Shown here: positions 46,758 to 57,517 of the stretch, piece by piece
How the letters are laid out: each line of letters starts with the position of its first letter
Position numbering within the stretch: position 1 is the stretch's first letter
From: Lepidodermella squamata
Taxonomy: Eukaryota > Animalia > Gastrotricha
DNA: 64,000 nt
Direction of reading: 5' to 3'
Assembly: GCA_047495785.1 (NCBI GenBank)
Contig: JBLDXI010000013.1
Location: 930,001-994,000 of the forward strand
Position numbers and translations under genes: made by a program
Notes under the pieces: generated by a model
What the model was told of the DNA's origin: nothing
The model's input: only the letters and a program-made list of their open reading frames with translations
Database searches by the model: none

Positions 46758-49697
46758 TTACACTTCGTAGCTGGTTACTGCTATTTTTCGGCAAAGCGGC
46801 CAACGAGCGGTGAAAAATGATTGAACACGCCGGTTGTTCGCCATTTTCAATATTTCAGATACAACCATGATACTCGACGATATGCACACCAAGAAAACGA
46901 GATCTAGAAATATAGCAATTCAACAAAAAATTACGGAAATATTTCTTATACTTACCCATGAGACTCAAGGCTTCAGTTTGGAAGATTTTTTGGAACGGTG
47001 CGAAGTAGATGACGAGGAGTTGACAGATCAGCGAGGCCCCAACAGCGCCAATGAAGAGTTTGTTCGCGAAGAAATTGATTTGGAAAACGCTTTTGGTTTG
47101 CGACCGACTAGCAAGCGCGTTGAACATGTCGAAGAGCACGAAACACGTGAATGTCATCGTCGTGTCTCGCGGTGTGATTTTGTTGTCGATCAACTCGCGC
47201 CAGAACACGAAAAGCGTACCGCAAACGATAGTAGCTGCGGAGATGACAATCGAGAACAGCAGGTTCGGCGACAAAATCGAGTCGCGAGACCGACGCGGAG
47301 GCTTTTTCAGCACGTCTGGGTCGACAGGTTCAACTCCAAGGCTGTAAAGAGTACATTTTTTAAGAATAAAAATGGGCAACCGGGTAAACCAGAACGTACC
47401 TTTGAGCAGGTGGCCCATCCATTATAATATTAATCCATAAAATTTGCATAGCATTGAGAGGTGTTGGCAGACGCATCAGAGTTGAGATAGCAATCAAGCT
47501 CAACGCTGCAATACTCCTGAAATTTCGGAAATTAATGAAAAATAGCCCGCAATAATGGAAATCGCATGACTCACGTGCTCAGCTGGAATCGAACGAAGCT
47601 CCGGATGTTGTAGAAAATACCTTTGCCTTCCTCGATTGCATGCCTATTTGAAAGAAACATTAATTTCCGAGTTTTATGGTTTCAAAATCGAGCTTACAAA
47701 ATCGAGGTGAAGTCATCATTGACCAGGATCATATCGGCAGCCTCGCGTGAAACATCGGTACCCGATCGGCCCATTGCGATGCCAATGTCAGCCGCTTTCA
47801 GGGCGACGGCATCATTGACGCCATCGCCAGTCATTGCAACAACACAGCCAGTCGCCTGCAGGGTCTTGACAATTTTCAGCTTATGCCGAGGCGTGACGCG
47901 GTAGAACACGTTGACTTGCGAAATCAAACTCGGCAACTGAGTCGGGTCGACCTTATCGAGCTGCTCGGCTGAGAACGCGCCCGCACCCGTGTCAATGCCA
48001 AGTCGAATCGCAGTCGCGACAGCCGTTTCCTCCGAATCACCCGTTAGCATTTTCACGCGAACCCCAGCGCCGAGCAGCGTTTTCACAGCATCAGGCACGT
48101 CTTCCCTCGGCGGGTCCATAATGCCGACGAGACCAAGGAAGGCCATGCGATTTTCGGCAGTACCACCTGCGATGCCGACAACTCTCAATCCGGACGAGGC
48201 CATGCGAGTGGCTTGGGTGTAAAACATGCGAATCATATCCGGCGTCAGCTGGCGGGTTTCGCCCGGTGCGGAATAGAACAGCGTACAACGGTCCAACACC
48301 ATTTCAAGCGCGCCCTTCATGTAATACATCGTCTCTTCAGTCCGTTTATGCCTAACCTTTACTTGCATCCATTTAGTCTCACTCGAAAACGGCCATTCGT
48401 ACAAACGATGCCACTCGTCGCGTAAATCGTTCTGAAACCCGGCTTTCATCGCTGCCGTAATCAAAGCGCCTTCGGTCGGTTGCCCCATCAACTCGCCATT
48501 CGTGACGAAGGCATTATTGCACAGACAGCCAGCCCGTAGAACGTGCGTAATTGTCGGGTGGCTCTCCTGGTGGACGGTCTGGCCCTGACAGAAAATCACC
48601 CCGCTACAGCTGTAACCGATCCCCGTGACTTCGGCGTGTAAACCGTCTGAGGTGCAAATCGACGTGACTGTCATCTCGTTCTTTGTCAGCGTTCCAGTTT
48701 TGTCCGAGCATATAACGTTGACACAGCCCAACGTTTCGACAATCGGCAACTTTTTCACTATAGCCTGGCGTCTGGCCATTCGCATGACGCCGATAGCAAG
48801 GGTGACAGTAACTACGATAGGCAGGCCCTCTGGAATAGCGGCGACTGCAAGCGAGACGGATATGGTGAACAACTCCAGAACTTGATGGCCTTGTAATAGC
48901 CCAATCAACATAATAAGGCCGATAATCATGAACGAGTAGAAGGATAATTGTTTGCCCAAGGCGTCCATCGAGCGTTGCAATGGTGTTTTCGGCGACTCCT
49001 GGGCTTGCATCATTTTAAACATTTCGCCGAACTGAGACGCATCAGCCGTGGCTGTGACTATACCCCGGCCATGTCCGCCCCGAACTAGACTGCCCATGAA
49101 CATCATCGAGGAAAGGCTGGCCATCCCACCCGAATTCGCGACTGGTTGCGTAGTTTTGTAGACCGGCTCAGTTTCGCCGGTAAAAGACGACTCGTCGACG
49201 GCAAGATCGACCGCTTCGATAATGCGGCAGTCGGCTGGCACGCGGTCGCCAACCGAAAAACAAACAATATCACCAGGTACGAGTTCCCTAGCCAGGAAAG
49301 TCTCCACCCTGCCCTCTCGCAAGCAGTGGCATTGCGGCGGGACTAGCTTGGTCAACGCGGCCAGCGATTGTTCAGATCTGTACTCCTGGACGAAAGCGAC
49401 TGTAACGACGATGAGAATGGCTAGGGTGATTGAGATGCAATCGTCGAATTGGCCCATGATCAGACTGATGGCGGCCGAGGCGAGCAGCAGTAGGATCAAC
49501 GGGTTCTTGAATTGTTCCAGATACTTCTTCCATAGCGGCTCGTTCTCTGTAACGTCAAACTCGTTGAAGCCATTTTCGCGCTGCCGCATCTGCGCCTGTT
49601 GCTGAGTAAGGCCGTTGTCGATGTCGGCCTGCAAGATCGACGCAACCTCGGCGACGGCCAGCGATGAAGCTTGTGCACTCGGCAGACATGTTATCAT
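46758..49697 (-). CDS. ATP2C1: Secretory-pathway Ca2+/Mn2+ P-type ATPase (SPCA/PMR1), ~905 aa from the first ATG. Exons: 49697-47698, 47643-47575, 47516-47400, 47341-46956, 46903-46758. The frame stays open upstream to 49910.
   Basis: EVASILQAD...NEF...EPLWKKY; TGE; IPEGLP; DKTGTLT phosphorylation site; GDGVND; MDGPPAQS; [17 protein letters not shown]. Confidence 0.95.
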
Positions 49698-49910
49698 TCT
49701 TTTCGCCGCTGGCGCGCCTTCTTTATTCGTTGTATTGTTGTTACTATGAATCAACAGTGATTCGCCTATTTTGCCCGAATCGGCTTCAAACTTGCCAGAA
49801 CTTGGCGTCTGCACAGTTTTCGTGCCAAGTTCAGGCGAGGGCAACGGTTCGTAGCGGCGAAATCTGAACTTCTTAACGAGATCCGTCGTAGCTGTAGCGT
49901 TGTTGCCAGT

Positions 49911-50012
49911 CTACTTAATAATTTAACAGACCTATAAAAATTCAGTAAAATCGTAATTAGCCTGCTGAAATAAACAAAACAATATTCTTCGGATTTATTT
50001 TTCAGATTTTTT
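49911..50012 (-). promoter_or_regulatory. Intercistronic-like spacer between KLHDC4 and ATP2C1: polyA signal, U-rich tract and splice acceptors
   Basis: Minus strand after the KLHDC4 TGA: AATAAA (49999-49994), TTGTTTTGTTTATTTCAGCAG, GCTAAT, TTTTTATAG (acceptor 49932), AAGTAG (acceptor 49911). Confidence 0.6.
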
Positions 50013-51750
50013 TCACTCGTCGTCGTCGTCGTCGCTGGACGTGTCGCTCGAATCGTCATCACCGATATCATCGACATCCATCAAGCTTTCACCATCGTCA
50101 TCGTCTTCATCGCTACTTTCAACCCACTCTTGCTTTTCGGCCGTATCGGCGATCAAAGTCGCCCAGCCATCGTCCATTCGCATTAAATTAAGCGTGTAAA
50201 AATCCGACAGCGTAACTTGCCGGTCTTTTACCTCGCACATGCCCCCGTACAGAAACAACGAGTGGCCTTTTACAGCTAACATCGTGTTCATTCGCGGTCT
50301 AATCGGAGCCGCGCCTTCGCCCTGCATTTTCACCGTCAATTGAGCCCATTTGCGCTTATCGGCGTCGAATACGTAGACATCGTTGAAAAAATTACCATTA
50401 ATCGCGTCTTCGCTTTCCTGGTCGGAAACGCCGCCGAAAAACAGTACACGGTTGTTTTGACCAGGAAGCAGCACAGAGGAACAGCCGCAGCGGATCGGAT
50501 TAGGCTTTTCGCCACTTTGTCTAACTTGAACCCATCGCCACGGCATGTTAACGAGCGGGGTTTTCGACGCGCCTGAGTCGAATTCACTTACACCGTCGAC
50601 TTGCAACATGTACATGTCAGTGTGGGTGACCCCGGCGTCAACTTGTTTCGCCACCCGATTTTTGCTATAGCCACCGTAGACAAGAATCGATGACATAGAT
50701 GGCAAGTAGACAACTTGAGCATTGGAACGAGGCGGTGGTGCGTCGCCCAGCGGTTTAACCAGCTTCCATTTTCGGGTACTCGGATCGAAAACGTGGACAT
50801 CATTGTAATACGTGAAGTTGTTGTTCGTCTCGAAGAAACCGCCGAAAACAACGAGGTGCCGCTTGAATTCTACCATCTTGTGACCAGACCGTGGTGACGG
50901 GCATTCGCCAGTAGCACTACGAAAAAAGCCATGAAAAACAGTTGGAAATGAATTGGCAGGGTAAATGTGTATTAACACCTGCTCGAGTGCAAATAAAGCT
51001 CTAATCCTCAGAACAAAACAAACCGCCAAGCAAACCACATAAATAAGCTAGTATAAACCTTATGCTCTCCCAGCGGTTTTCTTTGACATGAAAGCACCAC
51101 AAGTCGCTGAAGTGGTGGAATTGAAGCTGTGAAGGACTGGCGAACTCGCCACCATATAGCCATAATTGTCCGCCACCGAGATGTGACATCACAGTCTATC
51201 GCAGGATCAAGAAATAGCATTCACCAAGATCATGATGAAATGCGGATCTAACCTGATGAGACGCTCTAGGCAATGGCCTTGCATGATCGGCAGGTGCAAC
51301 AAATTGAAACCACTCATTTGTCTTAATTTTGTATTGAAATAAGTCGTCGTAAACGGTTGCTTTCGAACCGTTGAAAAAGTCACCACCGAAAAAGTACAAC
51401 TCGTCACGTTCGGGATGCACAGCTATGCTGATATTGCACCTAATTTGTTAACACAAATCCTAAGAATACTTATTTACTCAAAGTTATTCACGCTTACCTC
51501 GGTGAAGGAGCCGCACATGGGACGAATGACGGCTTGGTGACCGCTGACTTGATTTGTGACCTTTGCTGTAAGATGTCTTTCACGTCAGCCTATAAATAGC
51601 GTAAAATCATCTGTCAATTTTGGTCATATGAAAAATTACCTCGCCAATTTCGGCTAAGAGCTTTTTCAGTTTTCTGTCAGCTTTCTTCTGTTCCCCCTTG
51701 CTTGATTTCTCCACAGCTCCGCCCTTGCTTCCTTTCTTTTGCTTCCCCAT
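50013..51750 (-). CDS. KLHDC4: Kelch domain-containing protein 4, ~476 aa. Exons: 51750-51640, 51589-51498, 51439-51253, 51195-51059, 50916-50013.
   Basis: MGKQKKGSKGGAVEKS start; HPERDELYFFGG; GGQLWLYGGEFASPSQLQFHHFSDLW; PSPRSGHKM; LFLYGGMCEVKDRQVTLSDFY; acidic tail. Confidence 0.92.
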
Positions 51751-52256
51751 TTTAACGACTAAATAGAGGAAAATCAGACAGTTTTAGAATAAGTTTTAAT
51801 CATGAAAAGACCAATCTATAAAAAATCAAAGTAGTATTAGCGACCAATCACTTAAATTATTCGTTCTTCATTGATACAAATGTTAAGATGTCTCAGAAGA
51901 TGAATCAAAAAATAGTTAGTATCCGAATATCGAACGAGCCTGCAAAATTGGCAGCACAAATTATTCTTCATGATCGCAGCTGAAACAGCTACGTGTCACT
52001 AATTACCGCATGTAGATGTGTTCTTTGAAAATATATATGTATTAGGCGCTTCGCCTATTAGCATAAGGAATTAGTATTCAGCATCGATCACCGATTTCAA
52101 AAGTAAGTACAGCCAAACTATCACGTAAGTAAAAAACTAGAAGACGCATTGGTCCAACTAGTTTCACCTAGACACAGTATACCACAATTATACCAGCCTG
52201 ATAGCCTAAGCAAGCAATATAGCTTGAAGTCCCTTGTAAGTTTATCAATTGGCGAA

Positions 52257-53384
52257 TTAGGCCTTATTCAGCAACCCAGAGATAACTTCTTTAAGTTTCT
52301 TGTTATCGGCGGCAAATCTGCGAACACCATCAGAGAGTTTGTCGGTGGCCATAGGATCTTCATTCAACTGCCAACGGAAGGACTTCTCGTCCAACCCGAC
52401 GTGAGGAAGAGGATCTTTCGACGCACGGGCTGCTTGAACATCCAGAACACGCACAACTGGCTCGTTCATGGCAGCAAGTTTGTCCAAAAGAGAGGGAGCG
52501 ATAGTCAACATGTCACAGCCACTTAAACCCAAAATTTCATCAGTGTTACGGAATGAAGCTGCCAAAATTTGCGTGTGGGCACCCACTCGTTTCAGATAGT
52601 TGTAAATCTGAACTACTGAAACCACACCGGGGTCAGTTTCGCGAGTGAAGCTCTTCTTGTCAGTATTATTCACATGCCTGAAATATAAACATGAACATGA
52701 AACTAAGGCGAGAAAAATAACACATACCAGTCCAAAATTCTACCGACAAACGGTGAAATAACTGTGGCCCCTGCATTCTGGGCAGCAGCAGCGGCTTGGC
52801 ACAGGTGAAACATCAGAGTCATGTTGCAATGAATGTGCTCTCCCTCAAGAACACGGCAGGCCTGAAGGCCCTCCCAAGTGCTAGCAAGCTTGATTAGGAT
52901 TCTGTCAGAGGAAATTCCACGAGCCTTGAACATGTCCAAGTAGTGATGCGCTTTGTACAGCGAAGCGCATGAATCAAATGATAAATCAGCATCAATCTAG
53001 ACGGGAAAATTATAGAGCGATTATTTCAACATCGAGTTCATACCTCAACGGAAACACGGCCTGGAACGATTTGGAGAAGCTCGCTGGCAAAAGTAACATA
53101 AAGCTCATCGACAGCACGCTGAACCAGATTTTGGCTGCCCTGATCCTTGACTTTTTGCAACGTCGAAGCAATCAAAGAGCTGTAGCGTTCGTTTTGGCAT
53201 GCCTAACATGCAGTAGTTGCTTTCAACAATTAATATTAATAGCGCATTTCAGCAATACCTGAAGTAGCAACGTCGGATTGGTCGTTGACTCTTGCGGTTT
53301 GAATTTTTTCACCGCCTCAAAATCCCCGGAGTCAGCAACGATAACGCTGACTCGGCGAAGTTGTTCAAGAGTTGACTCACTCAT
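52257..53384 (-). CDS. TALDO1: Transaldolase, ~324 aa. Exons: 53384-53259, 53202-53044, 52996-52728, 52677-52257.
   Basis: VADSGDF...[10 protein letters not shown]; GRVSVEID; catalytic [11 protein letters not shown]; [11 protein letters not shown]; LAASFRN; GCDMLTIAP. Confidence 0.96.
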
Positions 53385-55078
53385 AGTTCAAAGTTTGTAT
53401 CAAGCCTACAGCCAAACAAGGCAGTGAAAAAGCATTGAGCATGAGAGTTCCGAATGTTCAGTGTCTATTTCAAAAGAACAAAAAATGATTCTACAACCAA
53501 TGGGGAATCTGGAACAGAAAAGCCGTCATCGATCTGTTGCGGAAGAAATCCCCGAGAAAAATGGCTGTGCACCGTAATCCTATTCACTTGGCAAGCTTGG
53601 CCTGCGAAAACACTAAACCCTGAGAGCGTAAACGGTAAACGAGAGTGTTTCAGCGTTTGCTCGTCCAGGAATCTTCGCGACAAGTCGCGCAAAAAGCCTT
53701 CTTTTTGCTCGACTTAACGAAGATGTTTCGAACACTCGAAAGGGACTGTAAATATTTAATTGCCACATCTAGGATTTTATTTCTTTAGTCTAAAACGTAT
53801 TGTTTATTATAGCGCCCGAAAATAGTTTGTACTAATCCTTCACCTATATAATAATTAACCAACCCAAAATCATGCCGGTTATTTTGTAGGGTTTTGCACT
53901 GCGAAACGAAGTAAGGCCCTCTGGTGGCTGCGATCGAAGCCTGGTGACTGTAGACAGTAGGAACTGCAATAACTGCAATATAACTGGCATATATGTCACA
54001 TTTTGTATGCAAGAGATAGCTTAACCGGCTGCCAACTGGCTTTTGATCTCAGCGACCACGAAGTTCTTCGCGATCCCCTCATATCTAATCCACTCAACCG
54101 AGTAGCCAGCGGTGTCTGTTAAAGAAGGCGAAGGGCTGCTGGCTGCTGTTATTTTTATATCCACAAACACGCTTCGGCTGTTTCGTATAGAACATAACTT
54201 GATCCAACTTAATTTCTGACCCCCTCCCATTCTCCTAAACTTTGGCCATGGGGTGTGCTTCAAACCGAAGCGAACCCCGGCCCAACGCGCCTGGGGCCTT
54301 ATGGAGCTTATACTCGACTTATACTTCGTTTCGTTGCATTATAAAAAACATCAAGCACTCCATAATTGAAAACCAGTTACCCAATGGAGACTTATTACGT
54401 CACGTTGTCGCTTACAGATATGGCAATACTTGGGGCCGAAGATCGAATTAGGAAAAATGCCCGCAACCATTCATTTGATTGTAATGGTTTAATAATGTCC
54501 GCCGAATTAAGCCACCGACTACCTGACCACTCACTGACTGCAAGTTTTACAAAGAAAGCTACCTGCTGTCTATACTCGATGAGTCTGGGCATCGATCGCG
54601 CCACAAGAGACAGACAATGTCGTGTTTTATGTGTCATCAGAGTTGAACTATAGTAGGTAAATGTTCCACATGGGCCTGAAATGTAGGCAAATATGGAAAT
54701 TCTTCTGTGACAGTGTGGAAATCGGAAATGATCCAGATGAATTATAGGTAGTCATTTAGCTAAATAACTGCAATACCTGGGTTATGCAAAATGTTTCCGG
54801 CGAGGTCTTCCATTTTAGAATAAATAGATCAAATCCTCAACAAAATCCGGTCAATCATAATCGAAATCAGATGCCATTGTCAGGTTGCCTTTTCTCCGCG
54901 GTATCCAACTACTATTAAATGACCCCACTGCCCAGAGTCACCCGATTGTGCGTAGTGTTTTTCGTTTATATGTTCTTTAATCACTCCCCCTTCTCTTGGA
55001 AAGTCGGCTTCCACCTGTTAAACTTGTAATTGAAAGGCATTTGTTATTACATAGGAATGCTTTGTTGCTCTTGAAAGA

Positions 55079-55991
55079 ATGGGAAGTTCAGACGGGATTT
55101 TCGAAGCAGAAAATATTTTGAAAAAGCGCGTTCGAGGTGGCCGCGTCGAATATCTTATCAAGTGGAAAGGATACAGTTCAAAACATAACACATGGGAGCC
55201 TTCAAAAAATATTCTTGATGTTCGGTTGATAAAGAGTGAGTATTAAACACTGCAAAATATTCTTTATCTCATCGATTTTTTCAGCTTTTGAACAGGAACA
55301 AGCTGCACTAAAGTCGGGATCCAAGACCCAAACCAAAAAGCGGCGTATACCTTCAACTTCATCTAGTGACGAAGGACATGAAAGTGACGAAGATGATGGC
55401 GAGAAAAAAGGAAACCACGAGCAGAAATCCGACACCGAGACCAAATCGTCAAAACCTGAACAAGAGCCTCCAATCATCACCCTCAAAATGTCGTCCGGCC
55501 AGGTTGAAATTTCCGAAAGAAAATCAAGTAGCAAAGATCAATCAGCAACGCCGACTCACTCGCACAAATCTCACAATGCAGCCTCGACTTTAAATGATGG
55601 CCATAAGAAAAGTCAACATTCCAGTAGTGAAGGGCAATCATCCTCTGCAGCTAATAAGCTGGCAAAAACAGCATCTAGCTTCCATTCTTATTATTATAAT
55701 CCATCAAGCGATGGAAAGGTCAGAGCGCATGACATGGTTGAAACCACCACCGGCGAAAAAGCGCGGTCAGGGCTTGCTAAAATATTGCCACTGGATAGAC
55801 CTTCAGCATCGGCAGCTGCTGGAAGCTTGTTAGGGCAGCTAGTTGGTAGCTCACCTGTTTGGCGACCAAGTCCTGTGATCACGGATGTGACAGTGGGTAA
55901 GCTAATAAATAAATTATTTAATTCATTTATTCCCTCGTATATTTTCACAGGTGGAAAAACGGTGACATTTGTCGAAAGAGTGCCTTATTGA
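55079..55991 (+). CDS. Pc: Polycomb / CBX2-4-6-7-8 family chromobox protein, ~269 aa. Exons: 55079-55235, 55285-55896, 55951-55991.
   Basis: Exon 1, missed by the ORF track, encodes a chromodomain: [45 protein letters not shown]. The spliced C-terminal Pc-box is [13 protein letters not shown]|GKTVTFVE. Confidence 0.92.
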
Positions 55992-57517
55992 AGCCAAGCT
56001 TGGAACGAATCCATTTGCGTTGCCGTTGTTATTGTGCATTTTGTTTTTGGACGCGTCGTTTTGTTACTTGCTATTTTCTAAGAGAATTGTTAGATGGGAA
56101 ATGATCTTAATATTGACTGTTTCTAATTTATAAAAAAATATGTTAACGTTGGATGAAAATACGCCGACTTAAATAATCAGCTTTCGCCACTGTTGCAAAG
56201 ATGTCATGTGCAAAGAGAAGTGAAATTTTGAACGCCGTTTCACTGTTTTTAATGTACATATTCGAGATCGTAAAATGATACGATAAATCATATTACAATT
56301 ATTACTTGAGTGAATGGAAACTAGGTTGTTTCTTATACATGTTTATTTGCCGTGTCACCCGCTTCTCTACTAGAGACTTCGAATCGGACGTGAGACCGCT
56401 ACATATATATATACATATAATTTGTTGCGTTTCGAATGGTTACATCAAATATTACTAACCTTCGTGATTTTTGCAAACTGGAAAGTAAAACAAGTGAAAG
56501 GCTGATGAAAAATGACGGCATTTTGACCCACTATTTTTATTTTGGAAGGTCAATCCATACAATTGCACCGAAACAAGTGCATAGACTCTCTCTCTGAAGC
56601 TTCTACCGAGTTACGTATGAGAGCTAGATTACAAACTAAAAACAACAACACTTTATAGGCAGTACATATATTTGTATCAATCAATCAAGTTTTCATCACC
56701 ATTTTCATCAAAATAAAAAGGAAAGATTTTAAGATATAGCAATCACCTCTGAAGAGTTCGAACGGTGCTGTGATGTTCCGAACAGGAATACGGTGCGATA
56801 TAATAATAACATTATTATCAGTAGTATTTATCAAGAGTCAAAACAACTTCGCGTCGTGATCACAACTACATTTTAGCTGGAATGTAGAACATAAATATCG
56901 GGCGAGTTTCTCCGTTACGAAGGAAAAGCAAGCGTTTCTAAGCTCGGGAACTCAAGTAACAACCTTGCAATAGCAATAAAATCACATGTTACACAGGAAT
57001 AAAATGTGACCGAGCCACCACGCTTGCACGGATCGTCTTTGTTAAAGCCTTTGTCGACCACATCCAAAGCAAAAGTAATTAAAGCTCTCAAAGCGGTGAA
57101 CGAAAAGTGAGCAGTTTGATGTAATAAAGCTGACACGAGTGAAATCAAGTTCAAAATTTGATAACGAGGCTATGAATATACTGCTATAAGCACACGGAAC
57201 ACATAACTAACTACTCGACGATAACTGCCAACCAAAAAATTGTTGTAGCACCATATCAGCACTGAAGGTACATCGGGATTCTCGTTGCTAACAACCTCGA
57301 ATATGAATCAGAAACAACAAACAGAAACATTAAATAGGCGTTGTCATCATTATTCGAAGCACACAATAACGGTTTTTTTCTCATATTGGCGGAGGGTGAA
57401 TGTCGAACAGAGTTTCGAAACATTTCGTTGAAAAATGAGCTTTTATAGGTGGGAAAAGGCTTGCAGTAAAAAACGAGAAGAGATAACTCTATTCAGTGCG
57501 ACCTGAGGACTTTAATA

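Noticed and set aside
49766-50077. KLHDC4-ATP2C1 fusion by cis-splicing from a GA|GTGAAA donor at the KLHDC4 stop
   Set aside because: That donor is phase 2. Joining it to the 49932 acceptor enters a frame that stops at 49766, and joining to 49911 is also out of frame with ATP2C1. KLHDC4 already ends with a normal acidic tail and AATAAA.
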